A stretch of 64,000 nucleotides of DNA from a virus (Duplodnaviria; Caudoviricetes): IMG/VR virus record IMGVR_UViG_3300028628_000004; one strand, 5' to 3'. The position numbers and the translations under genes are program-made. The notes under the pieces were generated by a model. That model worked only from the letters and a program-made list of their open reading frames with translations. It was not told the origin of the DNA and made no database searches. Shown here piece by piece: positions 4,965 to 15,880 of this stretch. How positions within the stretch are numbered: position 1 is the first letter of the stretch; the number at the start of each line of letters is the position of its first letter.

Positions 4965-7445
4965 TTAGCATTTTGAGTAGCCACATGCCTTACAAGTCTG
5001 ACATCCTTCCATACGGATGATGTCCTTGCTACCGCAGCTTGGACATGTTTCTCCGCTTACCTTTACTCCATTTTTAATATACTTCTTCAGGACTCGGCAC
5101 ATGACCTTGGTGAAGGATGCTATATTGTCGGTACGGACCTTTTCAAGTTGATGAACAAGATGCTCAAGAGGCGTTCCATGTCTCAACGAAATAGATACAA
5201 GACGGGTTACAAGCTCTTCTTCCTCTGTCTGGTCCTTCATGATGTTCTTGATAGTGAACCCATCATCAAATTCAACGTCATAGTGACCTTTTGCTTTCTT
5301 GACAAGCTTTCCATTGACATACTTCTTGTCAATGGTTCCGTTTTCGAAAACGAATAGTTCGTATGGCTCTCCACCTTCGAACAGACCAACGACCGCACAG
5401 TATTCTATTGAGCGAACCTTGTCAAGTTTCTTGCTGAGCTTCACATGGTGTACTTCGCACTTGAGAGAAGTGGGACGCTTTGGGGCTGTTGTTTTAGTGA
5501 TGGTAATAGCGTCTCTTCCGGATTTTTCCTTTGTTTCCTTTGGTTTATCGTCAACGAGAACACCAGTACGACAGCCATCACGATAGATGGTAAAGCCCTT
5601 GCAGCCGCTTTCCCATGCCTTCATGTAAATCTCGGATACAAGTTCCTTGGTAGCAGAGTTTGGTAGGTTACAGGTCTTGCTGATAGAGTGACTTACCCAC
5701 TTCTGTGCTGCTGCCTGAAGATCCACGGAAGCGACCCAATCAATCTCGTTTGAGGTTGCTTTGAAGTATGGGGAGTCTTCTATTTTTTCTTTTCCGGTTA
5801 CTTCCATCCACTTGCGGAAGCCGTGGTGATAAACAGGAAACTCTTGCCACTTGTCACCCATGTCATCAACAAAATCAACTTTAGCAGATTTATCGTTTGG
5901 ATTTATTTTCTTACGACGAGTGTACTTAAGAAGGAACGAAGGTTCGATTCCAGAGGTAGTCTGTGTCATGGTAGAAACAGATCCAACTGGAGCCGTGGTA
6001 GTGGTCGATATGTTTCTACGACCATGCTTCTTGTAAAGGGTCTTGAGTTCGGGGTCAGATTCCAATAGCCTCTCTATAAATGGATGACCCCTCTCAAGCT
6101 TAGCGTCGAATATCGGGAATGTTCCACGATCACGCGCCATCATACACGATGCCTTCTCGGAGTTGATGGCAAGTGCCTTGTATATTTCTTCAGTTTTCTT
6201 GATGGATTCTTTGGAGCCATAGCGAATATTTAAGGCGGCGAGGGCGTCACCAAGGGCAGTGATGCCAAGCCCTGTTCTACGACCATTGATGCATGCATTC
6301 TTGATGTTATTCCAGAGGTCAATTTCTATCTTCTTAACATTCTCTGGCTCAATATCGGCATGTATCTTCTTTAGAATCTTATCTATCTGCTCAAGCTCAA
6401 TATCAATCATATCGTCCATAAGCCGCTGGGCTACTTGAGTAACTTCCGCGAACTTGACGAAATCAAACTCTGCTTTGTCAGTAAACGCATCATTGACAAA
6501 CGAATTCAGATTGACAACCATAAGTCTGCAACTGTCGTATGGAGAAAGAGTTATCTCACCACATGGATTTGTTGAAGTGGATTTATATGATTCGTATATA
6601 TCTGCTGGACCGTTATTTACGACATTATCCCAGAAAAGGATTCCAGGCTCAGCGGATTCCCAAGCAGCCTGAATAATCTCGCTCCAGATTTCTCTTGCAT
6701 TTACCATTTCACTAATAGATGGCGTCTTGCTATCTACAGGAAAGCGCAACTCAACTTGTTTGTCCTGCTTGACTGCCTTCATGAACTCGTCAGTCATACG
6801 GATTGAAATGTTAGCACCAGTTACCTTCTTTTTGTCGCGCTTGATGTTGATGAAAGTTCTTATCTCGGGATGGTGACATGATATAGATAACATTAGAGCG
6901 CCTCTGCGCCCGTTCTGTGCAACTTCGCGACATGTATTCGAAAATCTTTCCATGAACACGCCGATACCGTCAGTGGTACGAGCAGCGTTCTTGGTTGATA
7001 GTCCCTTTGGACGAATATTGGATATATCGAATCCAACTCCACCACGACGCTTCATAACTTGAGCCTGCTCTTGGTCTGTATGTAATATACCACCATACGA
7101 GTCAAGCGGCGAAGGAATCACGAAGCAGTTTGATGCAGACTGAATCTGATACGGATTTCCTATGGCTGACATAGGAGAACCCTGTGGAACTATATACTTG
7201 AAATTCTTGAAGTAAGAATATATCTCATCTTCTGACAATGGGTTTGGATACTTCTTTTCAATTCTGGCAAATTCTTTTGCTATTCTTCTGTGGGCTTGGT
7301 CGGGGGAACTTTCGAGTAGTTCATGTTTTTCGTTTCTGAGCGCATACTTTCCTACGAATACTGAGGCTGCTAGTTCGTCACCATTGAAATATTCTACTGA
7401 CTCCTTAGTTGCTTCTTCGTGGGTGTAAATTCTCTTATTTGTCAT
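4965..7445 (-). CDS. nrdJ: Adenosylcobalamin-dependent (class II) ribonucleotide reductase with C-terminal Zn-ribbon extension
   Basis: SNCF, RRGGVG, TNPCGEI, SCRL, TTAPVGS, SGIEP, SISKTCN, YRDGCR, C-terminal CPSC...CKACGYSKC; no beta subunit nearby. Confidence 0.88.
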   Translation of the reverse strand: MTNKRIYTHEEATKESVEYFNGDELAASVFVGKYALRNEKHELLESSPDQAHRRIAKEFARIEKKYPNPLSEDEIYSYFKNFKYIVPQGSPMSAIGNPYQIQSASNCFVIPSPLDSYGGILHTDQEQAQVMKRRGGVGFDISNIRPKGLSTKNAARTTDGIGVFMERFSNTCREVAQNGRRGALMLSISCHHPEIRTFINIKRDKKKVTGANISIRMTDEFMKAVKQDKQVELRFPVDSKTPSISEMVNAREIWSEIIQAAWESAEPGILFWDNVVNNGPADIYESYKSTSTNPCGEITLSPYDSCRLMVVNLNSFVNDAFTDKAEFDFVKFAEVTQVAQRLMDDMIDIELEQIDKILKKIHADIEPENVKKIEIDLWNNIKNACINGRRTGLGITALGDALAALNIRYGSKESIKKTEEIYKALAINSEKASCMMARDRGTFPIFDAKLERGHPFIERLLESDPELKTLYKKHGRRNISTTTTAPVGSVSTMTQTTSGIEPSFLLKYTRRKKINPNDKSAKVDFVDDMGDKWQEFPVYHHGFRKWMEVTGKEKIEDSPYFKATSNEIDWVASVDLQAAAQKWVSHSISKTCNLPNSATKELVSEIYMKAWESGCKGFTIYRDGCRTGVLVDDKPKETKEKSGRDAITITKTTAPKRPTSLKCEVHHVKLSKKLDKVRSIEYCAVVGLFEGGEPYELFVFENGTIDKKYVNGKLVKKAKGHYDVEFDDGFTIKNIMKDQTEEEELVTRLVSISLRHGTPLEHLVHQLEKVRTDNIASFTKVMCRVLKKYIKNGVKVSGETCPSCGSKDIIRMEGCQTCKACGYSKC

Positions 7446-7527
7446 CGTTGTCTCCAGATTTTATTTTAGTGGGTTATTGTATTTATCAATACCCAATCAT
7501 GTCATTTTTGATAAAAATATTATACTC

Positions 7528-8124
7528 TTACACAGATAAATAATCATTCTTTTTTTGAAACACTAAGAAATATGAATGATATTTTCTTGCGTGTTTTTGT
7601 TTAGTTGTATTATGTGTAGTCATTCTGTGTTTTGCAGTTAAGATAAATAGATCAACGTTCTCAAATCCATATTTCTCAGCCATGTTACAAATAAAAACAT
7701 GTGACAAATGATTGCGACCACCTGAGACTATATCCTGACACTTGACGATTAAATGTCCTTTCTTACTGATGACGCGATTGAATTCTTTAAGCGAGTCATC
7801 ATAGAACTGCCATAGTTCTTTCATCGTCTTGTATGACGAGAAACGATTACCTATAACAGACTCCTTACCGTGTGCAACAATGAATGGTGGGTCATACATC
7901 ATCGACTTTACAATACCATTAGTTATCGGAAGTTTCCTGCAATCGGCTTGAATAACATCGGGTCTATTGGTTGGTGGACAGATGTCGAACTTTAGGGTTG
8001 GCTCATCCAATCCCTTCCAAAACGCGCCCTTCGAGAATGTAACATCACACTGGATGTTGCCAGTATAGAGGGTTTGTATATTCTTGATAATTTCAAGCTG
8101 AGAGTCTGATATTGACTTAATCAT
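7528..8124 (-). CDS. Small DNA adenine methyltransferase
   Basis: DVTFSKG SAM-binding-like motif, YDPPF catalytic motif, VKCQD. Confidence 0.75.
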   Translation of the reverse strand: MIKSISDSQLEIIKNIQTLYTGNIQCDVTFSKGAFWKGLDEPTLKFDICPPTNRPDVIQADCRKLPITNGIVKSMMYDPPFIVAHGKESVIGNRFSSYKTMKELWQFYDDSLKEFNRVISKKGHLIVKCQDIVSGGRNHLSHVFICNMAEKYGFENVDLFILTAKHRMTTHNTTKQKHARKYHSYFLVFQKKNDYLSV

Positions 8125-8206
8125 TATTTTTCCTAGTTTATATGGACTTGTTGGGTGCTTCTTGGTTTTATCTTACTGTCATCTCTATATGAATCAATAT
8201 TTTATA

Positions 8207-9382
8207 CTATTCAATATATATTGGAAAAAGGTTTAGAAGCTCTGTTTTTGATAATTGAGTATTCCCCGTGATATGCTTGATTGCTTTTAAATTTTTTGGC
8301 GATGATAATTGCTTTAGAAGCCACTGAAGTGATAAACGACACTTATCACCGCATGTTATTACATTAACATGATTTTCAGTAACGTATTTAATATCGCTCA
8401 CCAGACAACATCGTAATTTTGCATTCTTCCCGCAGCCAGTTATTCTATTAACCACTATACAAGGCGAAGTATTAAAGGAATTAACTTTTATGTATTGTTT
8501 TCTTTTAGTATTATTGTTTAAAGTTAACTTATCTTGTATATTGTGTGCCCAAATTAAGGTTACATCGGAAGCGTCGTCGGACAGAATATTCTTATTTTGA
8601 TTCCACACCACATTTCCGGTAGCAACTTCAAACCCAGCATCTTTTAACGATATTGCACCTTCATATAATTTTTCAATTTCTTTTACATCTTCAGTGAAGA
8701 TGGTTATGCCATTGCGCTTGAACACATATCTTCCACTGTTAGTCGTCTTTTTGAGTATTAGTATTTGTACTGTTTGTGATGCGTCGTCAAATTCATTTGG
8801 ATTTAAGACTTTAAGAAAGACAATATCACACGTCTTTACAATATATTCCCTCAATTTCCTAAAGTAAGACCCATTGTTCATCGAAGGAGGAACTACAAGG
8901 GCAATATATCCTTCCTTTTTTGTTACATCAATTGATTTTTTTATGAAAAGGGAATATATATTCACTCTTCCGCATATGACATCTTTGAATTTTTCTCTGG
9001 TGGTTTTATCTGGAGTGAATTCAAAATATGGGGGATTTCCTATAGTATAGTCAAAATATTCTTTCTTGTCCAACAAAAGAGAATTGATACATTCGCTTTC
9101 TTTTATGTTTTTATATGTTTCTTTACATATATTAACCATGTTATTATCAGTGTCATAAGCGTATATTTCGGGGGTGTTGAACGCAGTTTGAAATGATAAT
9201 ATAAATTCTCCCGTTCCGCAATTTAACTCACATACTTTGTAGTTAATATGTGTTTTATCTATGGGGAGGTTATCGAATAATATATCTCTTACGTATTTCT
9301 TGGTGAAATATTGTCCCATCTTTTTTCTATAGGCAATATCAACTGATTTCAAATACTCAGATGTTTCTTTGGTATAATCCAT
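8207..9382 (-). CDS. N6-adenine DNA methyltransferase, gamma class (TaqI/Eco57I-like)
   Basis: GQYFT, ELNCGTG, IGNPPY; start moved to 9382 (TATAAT 6 nt upstream). Confidence 0.88.
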   Translation of the reverse strand: MDYTKETSEYLKSVDIAYRKKMGQYFTKKYVRDILFDNLPIDKTHINYKVCELNCGTGEFILSFQTAFNTPEIYAYDTDNNMVNICKETYKNIKESECINSLLLDKKEYFDYTIGNPPYFEFTPDKTTREKFKDVICGRVNIYSLFIKKSIDVTKKEGYIALVVPPSMNNGSYFRKLREYIVKTCDIVFLKVLNPNEFDDASQTVQILILKKTTNSGRYVFKRNGITIFTEDVKEIEKLYEGAISLKDAGFEVATGNVVWNQNKNILSDDASDVTLIWAHNIQDKLTLNNNTKRKQYIKVNSFNTSPCIVVNRITGCGKNAKLRCCLVSDIKYVTENHVNVITCGDKCRLSLQWLLKQLSSPKNLKAIKHITGNTQLSKTELLNLFPIYIE

Positions 9383-9419
9383 GATGTTATTATATGACAT
9401 GGATTGTATAAAACAACCA

Positions 9420-10547
9420 TTAATTAAATATATCGGCATTTCCTATTATATTTAACTTCGGTGTCCCTGCTTTAGAGCTTGTGACTCCCCAGCCGCCTCT
9501 TATTGGTATGTCTATTTTTGATCCAAGCTTATTTACTATGATGATTGAAAATCCAGATTCTTTTTCTTTATGCTCTGCCGAAATATATACTCCCTCTCTT
9601 ATTTTATTTAAAAGTTCTTTAAAATTCTCGCTACTGTTGGAACTATATAATTTGACATTATTTGCTTTACCAACGGCTACATATATATTTTCTGTTTTGT
9701 CAAAATTAAATCCACAAACATCAAGGAAATTTTTTATAAAAGTTTGATCTTTTCCGTGCTTATTTATTATATTTGCCATTAAGTTAGATATTGCTTGTCG
9801 ATATGTGTCTATATCATTTTCGTTGTTTTGTTTCTTAGCTTCTGCTGCTAATTTTAAATATTTAAGTAGATCTAAAAAAAATGGATCATCTCCCATTTTT
9901 TGTTTAACTAACTCTAGCCATTCTCTCCGATTTTTCCCTTTATAATCAACAAATAGCTTTAAAAATGCCGTGCCCGTGGAGCTATAAGGTGTAAATGTTT
10001 TTGATGCCATAGATTTAAGAGAGTACTCTAATGTTTTTATAACATCCTCTCTATATTTTTTCTTAACACTTATAGTTATGTCTGCTCTAACTCCGGGTTT
10101 TCCTGTTCTCTGAACTTCAATATGTGATATAAAAAGAAAATCTTCTATTTTTCTCATTTCATCGAATATAGCCTCTGCTATTAGAGATGCGGATTCTTCT
10201 CCGCGTATAATATCTGTTTCGGATATTCCTTTGTTTTTTACTTTTTGAATGACAGAATCGTTTACGTTTGTTGTTACATTAATATGATTAATTTTTCCGT
10301 CTATAAATTTATTGACTATCTTAAATACCGAGAGGACTTCAACATATTCTCCGTATGTATATGAGTCCCCATGTCCCTCAGTTAGAGTTTTTGGTATATG
10401 TATTACTATTTTCTTATTCCACCCAAATGGAATATTTTTTAAATTTTTGGTAAATTTTCTGAAGTATTCTTTTATTTTATCAATATTACGATCTATATGG
10501 AGTTCCCCCAATAAAATCGCTTCCATTATCCTTCTAACTTCATTCAT
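9420..10547 (-). CDS. Putative PD-(D/E)XK-like nuclease
   Basis: RADITI...EYSLKS motif; adjacent to a methyltransferase. Confidence 0.4.
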   Translation of the reverse strand: MNEVRRIMEAILLGELHIDRNIDKIKEYFRKFTKNLKNIPFGWNKKIVIHIPKTLTEGHGDSYTYGEYVEVLSVFKIVNKFIDGKINHINVTTNVNDSVIQKVKNKGISETDIIRGEESASLIAEAIFDEMRKIEDFLFISHIEVQRTGKPGVRADITISVKKKYREDVIKTLEYSLKSMASKTFTPYSSTGTAFLKLFVDYKGKNRREWLELVKQKMGDDPFFLDLLKYLKLAAEAKKQNNENDIDTYRQAISNLMANIINKHGKDQTFIKNFLDVCGFNFDKTENIYVAVGKANNVKLYSSNSSENFKELLNKIREGVYISAEHKEKESGFSIIIVNKLGSKIDIPIRGGWGVTSSKAGTPKLNIIGNADIFN

Positions 10548-11815
10548 GCTAAATCCCCTATATCAATCGTAAGTAACTGGGTCTTTCTTTGCGTCTTAAT
10601 ATTATACTCAAGTCGAGGAACAACTCTAAAGATAAGCTTCTTGGAGCCATCAATATTTATGCCGATAAAGTTTACAATGCCGTTTGGTTCTGATTCTACC
10701 TTTACAACATACTCATACTTCATATTCTCAATGTCAGCCTTCTTAATCTCTTTTATGTCGCTGTCGGTTACGTGTATATATTCTGCTATATCGGTTCCGA
10801 ATATCTCTCGCTGAATAAAGTCAAAAGTCTTAGACGCAAAAAGACGAGCATGTGGATCTGTTGTAAACACATCGCTATCAATGCCTTTGATATCACGGGT
10901 GAAGGCTACTATAAATTTCTTAAGAAGTGTCTTCAGGTGTGTAAGCTCAGCCGTCATTTGCTGAACTCTTCTTTCTGACCCACCACCTTCAAACTCATCG
11001 TCTTTCTTACTTAGGAACGAATCCTGAATAAGTAGATACTTTCTTAGGTACGATATAAAGTGTTCTTCATCTGCCCACTTGTCAGGATGCTCGTAGACAA
11101 GCTTTTGAGTATCTTTATACTTTCCTGTAAACTCAGTGTCTTTATTGATGTCGCTTACGAAATCAAGGTCGTAATGCTGTCCCATCTTTAGTATTCCACC
11201 GAAGATACTAAGGTTGCTTACGGTCTTGGTATCTGTGCCGGTTTTCAGAGAAAACGATAGAGTCCCTTTTATTTCCTGTGGAATGCTCGTCTTGGTTCTT
11301 GCGTGGATGTCAAGTTTTACATCACCCTTGATCAAGCCGCCTTTGGTTGCAGATGCTTCGCTACCATCAGCGATTACAACGAACTCTATATCATCTGGCT
11401 TGTTGTTGGTCAATATATCAACAATGAAGCTTTGGATTTTCTTTATGGTTGATAGATTGGGAACTTTGTTTACGACTGACGCAACCAATGCATCCACTTT
11501 TGTATTTGGCTCCAAGTCATCGCCAAACATGCCACCGACATTCTTGGGGCGTAGGTTTATTTCGACGCTGACTGTAATCTTGTCTTCGGGATCTGCCTGT
11601 ATGCCAATCAAGTTTGCGTTGTTGGCTGTATTAGACTGAATCGAAACTTTCCCTTTGCCACCTTTGAAGTTGGGTGAGGATCTTATGCTGTTAATAGTGT
11701 CTGTATCCAACTTACCGTTGGCTATATATGCCCCAACCGCTATAGCAAATATTCCCTCCATGGTTTCGCCCATGTTGAGTGCTTCATTGAGGACACAGAA
11801 TGACGAAAAACTCAT
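10544..11815 (-). CDS. Putative PD-(D/E)XK-like nuclease, possible head-packaged protein
   Basis: GETMEG, KGDVKL...SFSLKT; N-terminus MSFSSFCVLNE resembles T4 internal-protein leaders. Confidence 0.4.
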   Translation of the reverse strand: MSFSSFCVLNEALNMGETMEGIFAIAVGAYIANGKLDTDTINSIRSSPNFKGGKGKVSIQSNTANNANLIGIQADPEDKITVSVEINLRPKNVGGMFGDDLEPNTKVDALVASVVNKVPNLSTIKKIQSFIVDILTNNKPDDIEFVVIADGSEASATKGGLIKGDVKLDIHARTKTSIPQEIKGTLSFSLKTGTDTKTVSNLSIFGGILKMGQHYDLDFVSDINKDTEFTGKYKDTQKLVYEHPDKWADEEHFISYLRKYLLIQDSFLSKKDDEFEGGGSERRVQQMTAELTHLKTLLKKFIVAFTRDIKGIDSDVFTTDPHARLFASKTFDFIQREIFGTDIAEYIHVTDSDIKEIKKADIENMKYEYVVKVESEPNGIVNFIGINIDGSKKLIFRVVPRLEYNIKTQRKTQLLTIDIGDLA

Positions 11816-11992
11816 TTATTTCCTTCCGCAGCCGCAGCCGCCTTTTTTCTTAGCTGGGGTGTTTGGTTTTGGTAATGGGACTGGTGGTGTATTGTTTGGT
11901 TTCGCTACTTGCTTTTTAGCAGGCGTTGCTTCTTTGGGTTTGTTATCAGATGTAGGTAACGGGCGTCCGTTAATATATCTTTTTATAATCAT
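11816..11992 (-). CDS. 58-aa Pro/Lys-rich protein ending KKKGGCGCGRK
   Basis: Hand-translated; fills the gap exactly, ATGA overlap upstream and TAA-ATG abutment downstream. Confidence 0.7.
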   Translation of the reverse strand: MIIKRYINGRPLPTSDNKPKEATPAKKQVAKPNNTPPVPLPKPNTPAKKKGGCGCGRK

Positions 11993-14900
11993 TGGGCTTG
12001 TTGATTTCCTATGGCTTTTATTATTTTATCATCGTATGGATTATCTTTAACACGATTAATCCAATTGTTTATCGTTCTTGCAGATAGCTTGGTTTTGTCC
12101 TTTATTTCTTTTATGTCTATCTTCTTCTTTACAGTTAGGTAGAGGCGCGATAAACTGTCTAAAGCATCGTTGATGGTTTCTTCAGCTAAGAAATAAGAAT
12201 CCATTTCTCCTGTTGCAGTTATTTCCTTGAGCTTCGTGACTCTATCTGCTGGCATATGGAGGGGCGAAGCAATATTACCCTTTAGTTCTATGAGGTTATT
12301 CTTTATTACTTCGTCTTGATCGCCACTATCAACCATTTCACTTAAATATGGATATGTTGTCTCCCCCGAACCTAAGAGATATTTCTTTATTGCGGTAACG
12401 ATATTTTTCTCGCTTTCGGCATACTTTGGGTCTTTGGAATTTGTTGCCGACTGAATAAGCGTATCATAGTTTGGTATTGTCTTTTTCAACTCGGCAATAA
12501 ACTTCGAATCTATTCTTCCGGTAGACTTTTTCCACTTATCCAACGCCTGTTTCAGTTGCTTAGCGTCAGAGTTCTTCTTGAGGTCTTCAATATTTCTCTT
12601 TTCACGAGCGGCTTTTATTAGATCATCTGGGTTCTTACCAGCAGCCTTTGCTTTGTTGACTATTTCATTGTATGTTCTTTCCATAGTCTTTTCACTTTGC
12701 TGTAACTTACGGAAAGAAGACTTCAACTCTTTATTCATCTCATCGGCGTTAGATTGTCCCTTTTTAACTAAATCATTAATCTTATCCAACCCTCTCGCAA
12801 TACCACCATTAAAGGCAGATAATACGCTTCCTGCTTTTTCATTTTCTTTTGAAACTACCCACGCTACCATTGATAATGCGGTTTTGAAAATAGTGCTAAG
12901 GTCAGATATTACATCGGGATTACCCATCATAGAAGCATATGGTTCTGGTTTCTTATTTTCCGGAAGTTCCTCTGTGGGATTAATTTCTTTTGTCTCAACA
13001 TCAACTGGTTTATCTTTATCAGGCAATTTTGTTGCTTCTGATTTCAAATACTTTAGGGCTTCAATGACATCCTTCTTCTTACTGGGATCCTTCTTTATCA
13101 TATCATCAATGCTTTGGATTATCTTTTGTAGTTCTATATCACTTGCTTGAAGTTCATTAATAACTTTGAATACTTTTTCATTGAAGGTTTTTCTCATCAA
13201 AGTGTTATATTTTTTGGAGTTAAATTCTGCTTGCGAAGCAGAAACAGAAGTTATCTCGTCTTTTGCTTGGTCAAGAATATGCTGTATAGCCCCATCAGTA
13301 TCGGGGGTATGCTTAAATTGATTATTTTCCGCTTCTATATCTTGCTGAATACTCTTTAAATCCAGGGGTTCCTTATTCTGTGCTTTCTTAAGAATTATTT
13401 TCTTAATCATATCAGCGGTCCCACCATCAATATTTGTAACTTTAATAGAATTGAGTTTATCTTCTAGCTTCTTATTTTGTTCCTGTTTATTCTTCTCAGG
13501 ATCAACCGCATCCCCAGCGGTTCCTTGGGGAACAGGAGTGTCATTTTTATCGGACTGCGGCGAATCGCTGCCAAGTTTCTTAATAATATCATCTATGTTT
13601 TCAGGAGATAACTTTCTTTCTTTATCTATGGCGTCTGCTAAGGCAATAACTTCGGGAGTAAATTCCTGCTTTGGTTCTTCTTGTTTTGGATTTTCTGGCT
13701 TAGGTGGCTCTGCTGGTTTATTGGTGTCTGCTGGTGGATTAGCTGGAGCAGGTTCGGCTTCTACAAGTTTACATGAAAACTTGGATCTTACCAGCGACTC
13801 AACAGCTTCTTTCTTGTCGATATTGAGCTTATTATAGATGTCATTATACATTTCTATTACCTCATTGTCTTTAAGAGCATGTGGAGGACATACATTTGCC
13901 ACCCATGTTTGGAAATCTGTTGTCTTAGCCGATTCTCTGGCGGCGGTTCCGCTCATAACTCTTGGAGTCTGGATGAACGCAACTGCCGAAGTTCCTCTGT
14001 CATTTACTTTGAGTGGCAAAGAAGCATGGTCCTGAACCCATAGGTTGGCATTGAATCTAGCTACATCTTTCTTATAGTCTTCTATTCTGTCTTCACCGGC
14101 GAGCCAGCCCGCGACATACATCTTGAGAGGCTCTATTCTTGCCCATATGGCTGATGATGTTGAGGTTGGCAACGGAACTGGAGCCACTGATACGGCTGGA
14201 TCATTCTTATATATTGCCTGAATAAGTTGCTTCTGTTCTGCTTCATTGAGTGGGTTGTCTTCTTTATTCTTGGATGTCTCTCCGCCCTTGACGATGAAGA
14301 TAAGAACCTTTTCAGCGCCAACTTCTTTGAGTTTGTCCTTAGCAAGTTGAATCATAGCGTCATGACCACGGTGCCAAGGCTGCGCTCTACCATTCCAGAG
14401 TATTACTGGTGTCTGACCTTCGTAATACTTACTGAAGTCGGTTGTTGGTTTGTTCATGTGAGCAGCGGCGTAAGTGTTCAAGCGTCTTTCCAAGAAGAAC
14501 TTGAGAATGTAAATCTGGAATATTTCTGGTGGTATGTCTGTTTGAATAGCTTCTTCAATCTTTTGGAACTTGTCAATGACAATTTCAATAGCTTTGGTTG
14601 TCTTACGGCGGGTGTCTGGATCCAGTGACTTTGCATTTGCTTTGAAAGCATCTATAATCTTTGTAAGTTCTTCCGTGGCACTCTCAAATACAGCATTTAC
14701 TTTCTGCTTGGTTTCCTCTGGAGAAGACATTGCCCCAGCGTCTTTGAGTGACTCGTATAACTTGAAGAGAAACTGAAGTTCCTTCTTCTCAGCGTCTTTT
14801 TCGTCACTGGTGAACGACTGAGCGAGCTTCTTAATAGCATTATTCAGAGCGGCTGGCTGGGCTGTACTCAGCCCAAGAGCATCCTTCAAGAATCTTCCAT

Positions 14901-15879
14901 CGGTTACTTCTTCTAACGACCCAAGATCCATACGAGTTGCCCAAGTCTGCTTCTTGAGTTCATCAAATGCCTTGGAGGTTCCTTTGACTTCGAAGATGCT
15001 GCCATCAGCTTGCTTGAGACGAAGAACAACGCCTTCTATGGGTGACTTTTCGCCAGCCTTGGAGAATATAGATGAAGTCTTCTCCGCATAGGCATCAAGA
15101 ACACTCTGTAGTTTATCTTTGGCGTCACGAATGGCGTTCTTCAAGTGAGCCTTCATGGTGGTATTGCCACGGGACTTGAGAACTGTGAGAGCCTCGTCAA
15201 TTCCTTCTTCAGTTGACAGCATCTCATCAAGGTTATCAATCTTGAATTCTATATTTCCAGATAGCTTCGCGTGCTTTTCGTTGGTGTAAATTCTCCAATC
15301 AGCGGAATCTGCTGTTTCTATGGCAGCTATAAGCTTATGGTTGGTCTTTGGATCTGGGCGCTTCCATTGAGCGTTTTCGTCTTTTATCCATGACTTGAAT
15401 ACAACGAACGCTCCGTTCTTACCAAATTTGTTCTTGTCGTAGCGAGTAGCTACAAAGGTTATATAACCAGTATCGTCGCCAGTGTGGGTCAATACAGGGA
15501 ATATTTCGGCATCGTAACGGATGGGACCAAACTTGGCTGATATCTTCTTGAGGGCATTCTGAAGTATAGTGTTCCCAAGGAGAGACTCAAAGCTTGCCTT
15601 AAAGTCCCCGAAGAAGTACTCATTGGAAAACTTCTGTCTGTAATTATCTACAGTGACTTCTCCCGAGTTCGATGTCTCTATGAAAAATGTCCCATGGTCG
15701 TTTATTCCGAAATGACAGAACGCAGAATCCATCTTCTCAACGACATCAATGTTCTTGACTTTACTGAGGTCTATCTTTCCCGCCTTTACATAAGGTAATA
15801 GTTCTTTGAAAATTTCAAGGAACTCAACATCAGAGTATTCACTCTTTCCTGAAAATCTGCCTATTCCCTCACGTGGCAT
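11989..15879 (-). CDS. 1296-aa fusion: ATP-dependent ligase-like domain, HIGH (cytidylyltransferase-like) domain and long helical C-terminus
   Basis: VVEKMDS, DAEIF, EGVVLR, EVKG ligase-like motifs; GRAQPWHRGH, AGEDR, MSGTAARE; Pro-rich linker. Confidence 0.7.
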   Translation of the reverse strand: MPREGIGRFSGKSEYSDVEFLEIFKELLPYVKAGKIDLSKVKNIDVVEKMDSAFCHFGINDHGTFFIETSNSGEVTVDNYRQKFSNEYFFGDFKASFESLLGNTILQNALKKISAKFGPIRYDAEIFPVLTHTGDDTGYITFVATRYDKNKFGKNGAFVVFKSWIKDENAQWKRPDPKTNHKLIAAIETADSADWRIYTNEKHAKLSGNIEFKIDNLDEMLSTEEGIDEALTVLKSRGNTTMKAHLKNAIRDAKDKLQSVLDAYAEKTSSIFSKAGEKSPIEGVVLRLKQADGSIFEVKGTSKAFDELKKQTWATRMDLGSLEEVTDGRFLKDALGLSTAQPAALNNAIKKLAQSFTSDEKDAEKKELQFLFKLYESLKDAGAMSSPEETKQKVNAVFESATEELTKIIDAFKANAKSLDPDTRRKTTKAIEIVIDKFQKIEEAIQTDIPPEIFQIYILKFFLERRLNTYAAAHMNKPTTDFSKYYEGQTPVILWNGRAQPWHRGHDAMIQLAKDKLKEVGAEKVLIFIVKGGETSKNKEDNPLNEAEQKQLIQAIYKNDPAVSVAPVPLPTSTSSAIWARIEPLKMYVAGWLAGEDRIEDYKKDVARFNANLWVQDHASLPLKVNDRGTSAVAFIQTPRVMSGTAARESAKTTDFQTWVANVCPPHALKDNEVIEMYNDIYNKLNIDKKEAVESLVRSKFSCKLVEAEPAPANPPADTNKPAEPPKPENPKQEEPKQEFTPEVIALADAIDKERKLSPENIDDIIKKLGSDSPQSDKNDTPVPQGTAGDAVDPEKNKQEQNKKLEDKLNSIKVTNIDGGTADMIKKIILKKAQNKEPLDLKSIQQDIEAENNQFKHTPDTDGAIQHILDQAKDEITSVSASQAEFNSKKYNTLMRKTFNEKVFKVINELQASDIELQKIIQSIDDMIKKDPSKKKDVIEALKYLKSEATKLPDKDKPVDVETKEINPTEELPENKKPEPYASMMGNPDVISDLSTIFKTALSMVAWVVSKENEKAGSVLSAFNGGIARGLDKINDLVKKGQSNADEMNKELKSSFRKLQQSEKTMERTYNEIVNKAKAAGKNPDDLIKAAREKRNIEDLKKNSDAKQLKQALDKWKKSTGRIDSKFIAELKKTIPNYDTLIQSATNSKDPKYAESEKNIVTAIKKYLLGSGETTYPYLSEMVDSGDQDEVIKNNLIELKGNIASPLHMPADRVTKLKEITATGEMDSYFLAEETINDALDSLSRLYLTVKKKIDIKEIKDKTKLSARTINNWINRVKDNPYDDKIIKAIGNQQAQ

Positions 15880-15880
15880 A

